From NCBI GenBank assembly GCA_022843175.1, contig JALHOE010000001.1:70988-134987 (forward strand): 64,000 bases of DNA, written 5' to 3'. This document shows positions 36,494-45,140 of the stretch, piece by piece. Below the pieces are notes generated by a model. That model was given only the letters and a program-made list of their open reading frames with translations, ran no database searches and was not told the origin of the DNA. How positions within the stretch are numbered: position 1 is the first letter of the stretch; every line of letters starts with the position of its first letter. The stretch comes from Deltaproteobacteria bacterium (GTDB lineage Bacteria > Myxococcota_A > Polyangia > Polyangiales > JADJMO01). Both the position numbers and the translations under genes were made by a program.

Positions 36494-37630
36494 TTAACGG
36501 ACCGTCCTCTGCGGAGCCAGCTCGAGGTTCAAGGCGCCGGCGGCGAGCGCCAGCAACAGGGCCAGGCTGGAGAACGCGACCTTCGCGCCAAAGTGTGCCC
36601 GTGCCCAGCCGAGAACGAACGGAGCTGCTGCGCGCACGATCAGCCCGACGCGCGCGATGCGACCGCTGTTCTCGCCATAATGGTCGCGCCCGTACCGCTC
36701 GGCCACGATCGTCACACGCTCGATCGTGACCAGGCCGTTGCTCAGGCCGAAGACAACGACGCCGAACAGAGCCGCACCCGACCCGATCGCGACGAGCGCG
36801 ACACTCTGAGCGCCGAGCAACACCGTCATTCGCGCGGCCGCGCTCATCGTGCGCATCGCCGATGCTGTCAGCCGGCCGGCGACCTGTGCGACTCCCAACG
36901 TCCCTGCGATCGCTGCCGCGCGTGTAATAGACGCCCCCGTCTCGACGAGGTGCGCGACGAGCTGCACCGCCAGCCCGGTCGATGCGAACGCGTGCGCGGC
37001 AAACACCCAGGACAGCATGCGCACGTCGTCGTGAGCGGTTGATCGTGCGCGCGGGGTCGCACGCGTCGCGGGTAGCGAGGCATGGATCGGCGTCACGACG
37101 AGCAGCACCATTGCGGCCATCGCGACCACCGTGAGTCGCCAGCCGAATGCGCTGGTCGCACGGGCGATCAACGGACCGAAGATCGTGCTCGCGAATCCCG
37201 CGACCAGCGTGACGCCAACGATCGCGCGCAACCGGTCACGGTCGCTCTCGAACCACGACGTGATCGCCGCAAACGCGGGTTCGTACAGCACTGCTGCCTG
37301 CGCCACGCCGATGATTGCCCATGCGAGGTAGAGCGTCGCCACGCCGCGGGCACCGGCAAGCAGGAGCAACGCGACCGTCGCCGCACATGCGCCGGCGGTC
37401 ATCACCGCGCGCGCACCGTGCCGATCGAGCGCGCGTCCGATCGGTGCAGCGGCCAGGCCTCCAGCGAGGAGCGCGATCGAGTACGCGCCCGCGACGACGA
37501 CCTCCGAGGTGCCGAGGTCCTTCGCGATCGGCGCGAGGAGGATCCCGAACCCGTAGTGCAGGATCCCCCACGACGCCGTCTCCGCAATCGCGAGCGCGAC
37601 GACCGCGCGCACCGGGCTCACGCGCAACAA
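36494..37630 (-). CDS. MFS transporter
   Basis: 378 aa; 10-12 hydrophobic helices; GRALDRHGAR loop motif; overlaps the upstream flavoprotein gene by 13 nt. Confidence 0.75.
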   Translation of the reverse strand: MLRVSPVRAVVALAIAETASWGILHYGFGILLAPIAKDLGTSEVVVAGAYSIALLAGGLAAAPIGRALDRHGARAVMTAGACAATVALLLLAGARGVATLYLAWAIIGVAQAAVLYEPAFAAITSWFESDRDRLRAIVGVTLVAGFASTIFGPLIARATSAFGWRLTVVAMAAMVLLVVTPIHASLPATRATPRARSTAHDDVRMLSWVFAAHAFASTGLAVQLVAHLVETGASITRAAAIAGTLGVAQVAGRLTASAMRTMSAAARMTVLLGAQSVALVAIGSGAALFGVVVFGLSNGLVTIERVTIVAERYGRDHYGENSGRIARVGLIVRAAAPFVLGWARAHFGAKVAFSSLALLLALAAGALNLELAPQRTVR

Positions 37631-38820
37631 CCCGCTTCGCCGACGTTGCAGACGCCGGTCTCCGGCAGGTCGAGCTCGACGCGCATCGCCGCTTCGCGAT
37701 CGCCCGCGATCATCGCTGCGACGGAGCGCGCCTGCTCGTATCCAGTTGCGAGGAGGAACGTCGGCGCGCGGCCGTAGCTCTTGCTTCCGATCGTGTAGAA
37801 GCCCGGCTCGGGGTGCGCGAGCTCGATCGCTCCGTGCGGTCGCACCGTGCCGCAGCTGTGCTCATTGGGGTCGATGAGGGGACCGAGCTTCTCCGAGCAC
37901 TCGAGCCACGGATCGATCGCGAGGCGGAGCTCGCGTGTGATCGACAGGTCCGGCCGCTGTCCGGTCGCTGCGATGATCGTGTCAATCCCGCGCACGGCCC
38001 GCTCGACGCCGCGCTGCATTCCGATCACCACGAGCTTTCCGTTGTCGTCGCGAAGCTCGCGGATTGCGAACCCACTGATCCACTTCACGGCCTTTTTGTC
38101 GATGAGCGAGCGGAGGTCGGTCCCGAGCTTGCTGCGCGCGGGCAGTCCGTCGGCCGCTCCACCGCCGAGCACGCGCTTCGCGTCGTCGCTGCGGGTCATC
38201 CAGACCACGCTGGCGCGCATCGCCGCGAGCGCGAGGATCGAGTTCGCGGCGGAGTGCCCCGCACCGACCACCAGCGTGGTTCCGTCGGCGTGATGCACGT
38301 TGGGAATCCCGTAGAAAATCCGGCTCGCGAAGCGCGCCTCGCCGAGCACCGGAAGTCCCGATGCGCCGAGCGGATTAGGCGTTCGCCACGTTCCGGACGC
38401 GTCGATGACTGCGCGTGCCAGCATGTCCTCGTCGCCGATGCGCACGACAAACGGTGCGGCTGCGCGGTCGCGCGTACGTACCTTGTCCATGTTCGCACGA
38501 GAGATCGCGGTGACCCGTGCGCCGACCCGAACGTCGAGGCGGCGCGCGAGGGGCCGGAGATACCGGTCGACGAGATCGCGGCCGGTCGGCAGCTCCTCGG
38601 GATCGGGTGCGTCCCAACCCTCGAGCAGCTGCGCCGCGACGCGATCGACGTTGTAGCGCCACGGCGAGAACAGCCGCACGTGGCCCCACTCGAGGATGCT
38701 CGATCCGACGCTGTCGCCGGCCTCGAGCACGACGCTGCGAATGCCGCGATGGTGCAGGTGCGCCGCGGCGGCGAGCCCGACGGGCCCGCCGCCGATCACG
38801 AGCACGGGGAGCTCGTTCAT
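37618..38820 (-). CDS. CzcO-like FAD/NAD(P)-binding oxidoreductase ending in a vicinal Cys pair (GEAGCCA)
   Basis: ATG 38820. VLVIGGGPVGLAAA and LVVGAGHSAAN dinucleotide-binding motifs. No CxxxxC redox disulfide seen. C-terminal ...TGVCNVGEAGCCA. Confidence 0.75.
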   Translation of the reverse strand: MNELPVLVIGGGPVGLAAAAHLHHRGIRSVVLEAGDSVGSSILEWGHVRLFSPWRYNVDRVAAQLLEGWDAPDPEELPTGRDLVDRYLRPLARRLDVRVGARVTAISRANMDKVRTRDRAAAPFVVRIGDEDMLARAVIDASGTWRTPNPLGASGLPVLGEARFASRIFYGIPNVHHADGTTLVVGAGHSAANSILALAAMRASVVWMTRSDDAKRVLGGGAADGLPARSKLGTDLRSLIDKKAVKWISGFAIRELRDDNGKLVVIGMQRGVERAVRGIDTIIAATGQRPDLSITRELRLAIDPWLECSEKLGPLIDPNEHSCGTVRPHGAIELAHPEPGFYTIGSKSYGRAPTFLLATGYEQARSVAAMIAGDREAAMRVELDLPETGVCNVGEAGCCA

Positions 38821-38821
38821 C

Positions 38822-38980
38822 TCAGCACCCGCAGCTCTTCGGCGGCTTCTTGGTGTCCGTTGTGCCGCAGCACGACGACTTCGCCTCGGGTGCGCAGCAG
38901 CTCTCGGCCTTCTCCGAGTCGCAGCAGCTCTCCTCGGCCTCGGGGATCTCGGCGAGCGTCTTCTCTTCTTCGTTCTGCAT
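38822..38980 (-). CDS. unannotated 52-aa Cys-rich peptide (MQNEEEKTLAEIPEAEESCCDSEKAESCCAPEAKSSCCGTTDTKKPPKSCGC)
   Basis: AAGGAGG 5 nt before the ATG; three SCC repeats plus a terminal CGC; its stop lies 1 nt before the flavoprotein ATG; below the track cutoff. Confidence 0.6.
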   Translation of the reverse strand: MQNEEEKTLAEIPEAEESCCDSEKAESCCAPEAKSSCCGTTDTKKPPKSCGC

Positions 38981-39065
38981 GATGACCTCCTTCGGCACCG
39001 GTCCGGTGCTCTCGGAAGTACAGACGCAGACCGGGATCGGAAGGACGCAGGAAACCCGAAGGACG

Positions 39066-39368
39066 TCAGGTCGGGGTGAAGCCGAGCCGCACGATCTCGT
39101 TCTTGATCGAGGCCGCCGAGGTGCGGCTGGCGTCGTACGAGACGACGACGTCCTTCTTTGCGACGTCGACCTGTACGTCGCTCACGCCGTCGAGCTTCCG
39201 CAATCCATCGCGCAGGCGGTTCGCGCACGCGGAGCACGCGATGCCGTCCACGTGAAATCGCGCGACTGCCGCCTGGACTGCGGATCCGTGCGTACTCGTG
39301 TCGGCGCTCGCCCTCGCACAGCCGGCGAGGGCGAGCGTCACCGTGACCAGCCACGGCGCGACGCGCAT
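39066..39368 (-). CDS. heavy-metal-associated (HMA) domain lipoprotein (MerP/CopZ-like)
   Basis: lipobox ALAGC; GIACSACANRL metal-binding loop; ferredoxin-like fold pattern. Confidence 0.85.
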   Translation of the reverse strand: MRVAPWLVTVTLALAGCARASADTSTHGSAVQAAVARFHVDGIACSACANRLRDGLRKLDGVSDVQVDVAKKDVVVSYDASRTSAASIKNEIVRLGFTPT

Positions 39369-39622
39369 CAGCCCGCCCCGAGGCCCATCTCGCGCAGCAC
39401 CGCGATATCGATCCCGCCCGCCGCGCAGCAGTCGGCGAGCTTCCCGTCGATGACGACGGCGGGAACACGCTTGATGCCAAACTTCTTGGCATCCGCAGCG
39501 ACCGCCGGGTCGTTCATGTCACGCACCGACACGGTGCAGTTCACACAAGCAGCCTGCTTCACCGCGGCGATCGCCTCGTCGCAGCAGGGGCACCCAGCAC
39601 TGAAAATCTGAACGTCAGCCAT
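39368..39622 (-). CDS. small glutaredoxin/thioredoxin-like protein (CPCC)
   Basis: MADVQIFSAGCPCCDEA...VPAVVIDGK pattern of redox-active disulfide protein 2 type; ATGA overlaps at both ends. Confidence 0.7.
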   Translation of the reverse strand: MADVQIFSAGCPCCDEAIAAVKQAACVNCTVSVRDMNDPAVAADAKKFGIKRVPAVVIDGKLADCCAAGGIDIAVLREMGLGAG

Positions 39623-40035
39623 CACACACCTCCACGCTTCAAACGGATTTGCACGAGCGGCGCCCACGGGTGCCGACGCGCCCACCAATCACTGACGAGC
39701 GCCGCGACGAGGAGCACCATGCCCACGTACAGGACGATCTCGTTGAGCAAGAACCGTCCGGTCATCGTCACGACGGCCGCCGTCGCACCGACGCCGATCG
39801 TCCACCATCGACGATGCCGTCGAGCCGACAGCACGAAGCCGATCAACCCGATGGTCAACGTGATGGCGAGGATCCAGCGCACGTTGCGCTCGACCAAGAG
39901 GAACCCGAGACCGAGCGAAGCGAGGATGCCGCCGGAAGTCGCGATGCAGATGGGGCAGAGCCCCTTCGGCACGATGACGGCGAGAACCGTTCCGACGGAT
40001 GACAGCCAGCGCGATCGCGAGAGGTCGTTGGCCAT
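39622..40035 (-). CDS. MerC-like metal transporter
   Basis: first TM motif GLCPICIATSGGILASLGLGFL (compare MerC GCAACFPALASFGAAIGLGFL); four predicted helices. Confidence 0.6.
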   Translation of the reverse strand: MANDLSRSRWLSSVGTVLAVIVPKGLCPICIATSGGILASLGLGFLLVERNVRWILAITLTIGLIGFVLSARRHRRWWTIGVGATAAVVTMTGRFLLNEIVLYVGMVLLVAALVSDWWARRHPWAPLVQIRLKRGGV

Positions 40036-40069
40036 GACCACACCTTGAGGTCTGTACGTAGATACCGAG

Positions 40070-40483
40070 TCAAGAGGGGTTCGGAGTTTTTTCGAGCGCC
40101 TCAAGGATGGGGCACGTCACCGCCCCGCCCGTCGCGCACGCGCACGCCTCCGCAAGCGACGAAAGTGCGGCGCGCATCGCGCTGAGGTCGCGGATCTTCT
40201 CATCGATGTCGGCGAGCTTTGCGGTCGCGGCTGCACGCGCAGCAGGGGCTCGCTTGGGTCCCGCCGACCTCAATCGCAGCAGCTCCTTTGCATCACGCAA
40301 CGTGAACCCGAGCTCCTGCGCGCGCTTCACGAACGTAACGATTCGAACGGCTTCGTCGGTGTACTGCCGGTAGCCCGACGTCGCGCGACGAGGAGCAGGA
40401 AGGATGCCCTCGCGCTCGTAGTACCGAAGCGTCTGCACGTTCACGCCCGCGGCCTTCGCGACATCACTGGTTCGGAGCGCCAT
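40070..40483 (-). CDS. MerR-family metal-responsive regulator
   Basis: HTH VAKAAGVNVQTLRYYEREGIL; C-terminal LAEACACATGGAVTCPILEAL parallels MerR [20 protein letters not shown]; ATG at 40483. Confidence 0.9.
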   Translation of the reverse strand: MALRTSDVAKAAGVNVQTLRYYEREGILPAPRRATSGYRQYTDEAVRIVTFVKRAQELGFTLRDAKELLRLRSAGPKRAPAARAAATAKLADIDEKIRDLSAMRAALSSLAEACACATGGAVTCPILEALEKTPNPS

Positions 40484-40492
40484 CGTCCCCAA

Positions 40493-40523
40493 GCGTAAGG
40501 CTTGTACCCAGGTACAGGGTCAA
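40493..40523 (-). promoter_or_regulatory. MerR-type promoter/operator (TTGACC - 19 bp containing TGTAC-CTGG-GTACA - TTACGC)
   Basis: read on the minus strand: cttgaccctgtacctgggtacaagccttacgct; the -10 lies about 10 nt from ATG 40483, so the transcript may be leaderless. Confidence 0.5.
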
Positions 40524-40789
40524 GCTTCAGCCCACGGAACAGCCCATCGCGGCTGACGCCGCAGATCTTCGGGTCCCCGCCCAGCCCGGCTGGGCTGGAC
40601 CACGTGTGATCGCGGACTTGGCGACCGCCCCGATGGGGACACCCGCACACCCGATCGCGGATCGACCGGGATTTCTCGCGCAACCTCTCGAAACTTCGCC
40701 TTCGAATCCCGTTGGGGACGCTGCTCTAACCTGCTCTGACCTCCCGCGATGCTCGGAGTCCCGGCCGGGATCGTCGCGGGATTTTTTCG

Positions 40790-41739
40790 TTCGCGGCGGC
40801 GCTCGTCGCGGAGAACGAACTGCTTCGGCTGCAGCTCGCGGTCGCGAAGCGGCGGCTCGAGGGGAAGCGGGTGCGCGCGTTCCCAACGCAGCGGTGGACC
40901 GTTGGGGTCCTGTCGCGGTTCACGTCGACGTGGCGGTCCGCGGTGACGTTGTTCGAGCCGGCGACCGTGCTGCGATGGCATCGCGAAGGGTTCAGGGTGT
41001 TCTGGCGATGGCGTTCGAGGAGGTCGGCGACCGAGGTCGCATGCGGCGACGATGCGCGACATGACCGCGAAGAACCCGAGGTGGGGCGCGGAGCGGATCC
41101 GCGGCGAGCTGCTCAAGCTTGGCATCCGTGTCTCGAAGCGCACGATCCAGCGGTACATGCAGGTGGCGCGCAAGCCGGGTGACGGACAGCGTTGGCGAAC
41201 GTTCATCAAGAACCATGCGACGTGGGCCTGCGATTTCATGCAGACGTTCGATGCGCTGTTCAGGCCGATCTTCATCCTGTTCTGCATCGACCTGAAGCGA
41301 CGCCGGATCGTGCACGCAGCGGTCACGTACCACCTAACGGACGACTGGTGCGCGCAGCAGGCGCGCAACGTGATGATGGACGGGCAGCCCGAGGTGTTGA
41401 TCGTCGATCGCCACAGCAAGCTCGGCGGGAAGTCCGCGACCATGTTCAAGGCCGTCGGCGTGCGCGTCGTGCGCACTGTGATCCGCGCACCCCTCATGAA
41501 TGCGTTCGCGGAGCGGTTCGTCGGCACGCTCCGACGCGAGCTGCTCGATCACGTCCTGATCCTCGGCGATGAACATCTCGCGCGGCTCGTTCGCGAGTAC
41601 GTCCCGTTCTACAACGAGGGGCGACCGCATCAGGCGCTCGATCAACAGCAGCCTGTGCCGCGAGCGCCGGAGACGACCGGCGGGATCGTTTCCCTGCCGT
41701 CCTCGGGGGTCTTCATACGACTACCGCCGAGTGGCATGA
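40790..41739 (+). mobile_element. frameshifted IS transposase (rve/integrase-core type), decayed
   Basis: N-terminus ENELLRLQLAVAKRR...VLRWHREGFRVFWRWRS in one frame. Core MTAKNPRWGAERIRGELLKLG...DRHSKLGG...FYNEGRPHQALD in a second frame. Tail VLGGLH / YDYRRVA* in two further frames. This gives at least three frameshifts. Confidence 0.75.
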
Positions 41740-42236
41740 CGCGCCCCTACGACGCGCGCGGCGAAAGTAGCCATCACACGTGCGCCGGCGACGGCGTTCG
41801 TCCAGAATTGGAGGAGCCTCGGTTCCTGTCGCACTGGCGGCCATCATCATCGCGTGCGGCGCCAGCGGCGATCACACCGCGACGACGCCGCGACCTACGA
41901 CAAGGAAATCGCGTTCCGCGATCTCGAGGTCGTCGGGTTCCTTGATCGGAACGCGGACGAGAATTGTCGCCGGAGGAATACGGGCCGTTCCGCGTGAGTG
42001 ATGTCGTCGCTGGGTCCCCCGACTATCCACTTGTGCACGTCGCGTTTCGGGTGTTGCGAGTGGTGCTGGGGGGAAGCGAAGGAGCAGATTCGCTGGTTAC
42101 GCGGCTACGGCGGTCGGCTGCGCGTGCTTCGGGTGTACGTCGATGACCTGCGCGGCCAGCGCGCGGACCGCGCGGACGTCGTCGGCCAGGATCGTCCATG
42201 TGTACGCCCGAACCTTCACCTGGATCGCGCCTCGGC

Positions 42237-42253
42237 GTGACCGAGACGGTCAC
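42237..42253. promoter_or_regulatory. GTGAC-N7-GTCAC dyad (copy 11), upstream of DUF326-GH15
   Basis: perfect gtgaccgagacggtcac; 94 bp upstream of ATG 42347. Confidence 0.6.
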
Positions 42254-42346
42254 TCCGCAACGCGGGTGCGCGGAGGCCATCCACCCACCGCCGCTCGACA
42301 CGCTGTCGAGCGGGAGTGACGCCCGCTCGCGCCCGGAGGACCGACG

Positions 42347-42757
42347 ATGAACCACCTGGAAATGCTGAAGACCCACCCGCGGAAGACGATGGTCGATCCG
42401 AAGGTCCTGTCGGACTGCATCGAGGAGTGCCTCGCTTGCGTCGACGCCTGCAACAGCTGCGCGGACGCTTGCCTCGGCGAGCAGCAGATCGACATGCTCC
42501 GGCGGTGCATTCGACTCAACCTCGACTGCGCTGACGCGTGCCAGTCCGCGGCGCGCATGCTCGCGCGGCAGACCGAGCCCGCTTGGCTGCTGATCCGTGC
42601 GCAGGTCCAGGCGATGGAGCTCGCATGTCGCCTGTGCGCCGAGGAGTGCGAGAAGCACGCGAAGAAGCACGAGCACTGCCGGATCTGCGCGGAGGCGTGT
42701 CGCCGCTGCGAGGCCGCGTGTCGTCGGATCATGTCGCTGTTGCCGGCGCAGGCCTGA
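42347..42757 (+). CDS. four-helix-bundle Cys-rich copper-binding protein (DUF326/Csp3-like), copy 1
   Basis: 136 aa with 19 Cys in repeated C-x-x-x-C / C-x-x-C helical spacing (CIEECLACVDACNSCADAC...CRICAEACRRCEAAC). Confidence 0.85.
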   Translation: MNHLEMLKTHPRKTMVDPKVLSDCIEECLACVDACNSCADACLGEQQIDMLRRCIRLNLDCADACQSAARMLARQTEPAWLLIRAQVQAMELACRLCAEECEKHAKKHEHCRICAEACRRCEAACRRIMSLLPAQA

Positions 42758-42770
42758 GCCACGACAAACG

Positions 42771-44615
42771 ATGCGCCGCATCGCGGTCGAACGCACCATT
42801 GGCGACTACGCGGCGATCGGTGACACGCACACGGTCGCGCTGATCGGTCGCGATGGGTCGATCGACTGGTGTTGTCTCCCCCGGTTCGACTCGGCCGCGG
42901 TCTTCCTCCGCCTCCTGGATGAAGATCGCGGCGGGTCGTTCCGCGTCGCGCCCGTCGAAGCAAGCGACGCACGAAGGGAGTACGTCACCGGTACGAACGT
43001 CCTCGACACGACGTTCTCCTCACCGCGCGGTCTCGTTCGGCTGCGCGACTGGATGCCGTGGCACGGAGCGCACCTCCTCGGCGAGGAGCGGCACGCGATC
43101 GTCCGCGACATCAGCGGTGTCTCCGGCACCTGCAATGTCGAGATCACGTTTCGTCCGACGTTCGACTTCGCACGCCGCAACGCGATCATCGAGCGCTTCG
43201 ACGACGGTGTCGTTGCGATCGAAGGATCTGGCGCGCTCGCGCTCTTTGCCCCGGGGGTGGCGTTCACTGCGCTGGGCGATCGGGCGCGAGGAGCGCTCGA
43301 CGTGCGGCCGGGATCCAGTCAGCGGGTCGTCGCCGCGTTCGCATTGCGCGCGGAGGAAGCGACCGCCGTCGCGCGAGCTGTCTACGAGGAGTCGATCGAC
43401 GACACCATCGCGACGTGGCGCGCCTGGTCCGGCCGGTGTGCGTACGACGGGCCTTACCGCGATGCCGTGCTGCGAAGCGCACTCACGCTGAAGCTCATGA
43501 CGTTCGGCCCGAGCGGCGCGCTCGTCGCGGCGCCCACGACGTCGCTGCCCGAAGCGCGCGGCGGCGTGCGGAACTGGGACTATCGATATGCATGGTTGCG
43601 CGACGCCTCCATCGCGCTGCATTCCTTGATGGCACTCGGGTATCACGACGAGGCGCTGCGGTTCTGGGACTGGCTCGAGATCCTCGGCGAGGGTTGGGAA
43701 TGCGGGATGCCGGTTCGGATCATGTACACGCTCGATGGTGAGGTCGTACCCACCGAGTCAACGCTCGATCACCTCGCAGGATTTGGTGGCGCGCGGCCGG
43801 TGCGCATCGGGAACAACGCGTCCGAGCAGCTCCAGCTGGATGTCCTCGGAGAGGTTCTTCACGCCGCGGACACCTGCCACGCGGCGCTCGGATGGGAGCG
43901 GCCGCGTTTGCTCCGCGCGCTCGCTTGTCTCGCCGAGATGGCGGCGAACGAGTGGCGCAGGCCCGATGCCGGTATCTGGGAAATGCGAACCGCGCCCGCG
44001 CACCATGTGAACTCGAAGTTGTTCTGCTGGGTCGCGCTCGATCGCGCGCTTCTCTTGTCGCGCCGCGCTGGGCTGCACGGCGATACGGCGAAGTGGCAGC
44101 GCGAGGCCGATGCGATCCGCGACGCGATCCTGAGCGATGGATTCTCGCCGGCGCTCGGGTCGTTCACGCAGACGTTGGGCGGAAGCGCCATCGACGCGAG
44201 CGCCTTGCGCATACCGCTATTGCATCTGCTTCCACCCACGGACCCACGGGTCGTGTCGACGGTCGAGCGCATCGAGCGCGATCTGACCCGCGGGGGCCTC
44301 GTGCTCAGGTACCGCGCCGACGACGGCCTGCCGGGTGACGAAGGAACGTTCGCGTTGTGCACCCTCTGGCTCGCGAACGTCCTCGCGCGCATCGGGCAGC
44401 CCGAGCGCGCCCGTGCGTACCTCGATCGGGTGCTCGCGGCAGCCAACGACGTCCGTCTGCTATCGGAGGAAATCGACGCCGACTCCAGTGAGCTCCTGGG
44501 CAACTTCCCGCAGGCGTTCACGCACCTCGGTGTGATCGACGCAGCGCTTGCGATCGCGAAGGCGGAACGAACGCGCGCGGGAGGCGCTGCCTTTCAACCG
44601 ACGCGATCGAGGTAG
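42771..44615 (+). CDS. glycoside hydrolase family 15 (glucoamylase/trehalase-like), copy 1
   Basis: IGDYAAIGDTHTVALIGRDGSIDWCCLPRFDS N-terminus; VRNWDYRYAWLRDAS, LSEEID...LGNFPQAFTHLGVI motifs. Confidence 0.85.
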   Translation: MRRIAVERTIGDYAAIGDTHTVALIGRDGSIDWCCLPRFDSAAVFLRLLDEDRGGSFRVAPVEASDARREYVTGTNVLDTTFSSPRGLVRLRDWMPWHGAHLLGEERHAIVRDISGVSGTCNVEITFRPTFDFARRNAIIERFDDGVVAIEGSGALALFAPGVAFTALGDRARGALDVRPGSSQRVVAAFALRAEEATAVARAVYEESIDDTIATWRAWSGRCAYDGPYRDAVLRSALTLKLMTFGPSGALVAAPTTSLPEARGGVRNWDYRYAWLRDASIALHSLMALGYHDEALRFWDWLEILGEGWECGMPVRIMYTLDGEVVPTESTLDHLAGFGGARPVRIGNNASEQLQLDVLGEVLHAADTCHAALGWERPRLLRALACLAEMAANEWRRPDAGIWEMRTAPAHHVNSKLFCWVALDRALLLSRRAGLHGDTAKWQREADAIRDAILSDGFSPALGSFTQTLGGSAIDASALRIPLLHLLPPTDPRVVSTVERIERDLTRGGLVLRYRADDGLPGDEGTFALCTLWLANVLARIGQPERARAYLDRVLAAANDVRLLSEEIDADSSELLGNFPQAFTHLGVIDAALAIAKAERTRAGGAAFQPTRSR

Positions 44616-44635
44616 CGTCCGATGTTGTCGGCCGC
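44594..44635. repeat. 42-nt direct repeat, copy A (duplicate of the GMC gene 3' end)
   Basis: tcaaccgacgcgatcgaggtagcgtccgatgttgtcggccgc; 41/42 identical to 46412-46453. Confidence 0.85.
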
Positions 44636-44742
44636 ACGTCCAACAAGAGATCGCAGGCCAGGCCGCTTTGCGAAACGACCAGCGCCCGCGTCGGCGCGTG
44701 CTAAGGGCAAGGACCGTTTGATCGCTCTTCGCGAGGAGTACC

Positions 44743-45012
44743 GTGAGGTTCATCGTCTCTTTCGTCGTCGCAACCGTGATCAGCTGTGGTGGCGCCGCAG
44801 CAAGCAGCACCACGCATACCCCGTCCACTACGCAGGCAAGCGAAGCGTCCACTTGCGCCGAAATCGCGCGTGCCTGTCATCCGCACGAGAGCCACAGTGC
44901 GTTGGCATCCGAATGTCACCATCTGGGGCACAAGGCTCCGTCGGAGGAGGCATGCGGGGCACGCAAACAAGAGTGCTTGGCTGCATGCCCGGCTGCCGCC
45001 GCGAGTCACTGA
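44743..45012 (+). CDS. small Cys/His-rich lipoprotein
   Basis: GTG start with GAGGAG SD; lipobox VISC; CAEIARACHPHESH...ECHHLGH...CGARKQECLAAC. Confidence 0.55.
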   Translation: MRFIVSFVVATVISCGGAAASSTTHTPSTTQASEASTCAEIARACHPHESHSALASECHHLGHKAPSEEACGARKQECLAACPAAAASH

Positions 45013-45028
45013 TAACCACGACCTGAAG

Positions 45029-45045
45029 CTGCGTCGAGGTGACCG
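45029..45045. promoter_or_regulatory. GTGAC-N7-GTCAC dyad (copy 12), upstream of DUF305
   Basis: perfect gtgaccgctccggtcac; followed by a second inverted repeat tcgcgtcac-N16-gtgacgcga (45054-45087). Confidence 0.6.
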
Positions 45046-45140
45046 CTCCGGTCACGCGGGAACTCGCGTCACGCGAGCGCGCCGATAGGTGACGCGACCG
45101 CCGTCCCGTTCGGTGGCGCGCTCGTTGCTGCTTGGGTGGT

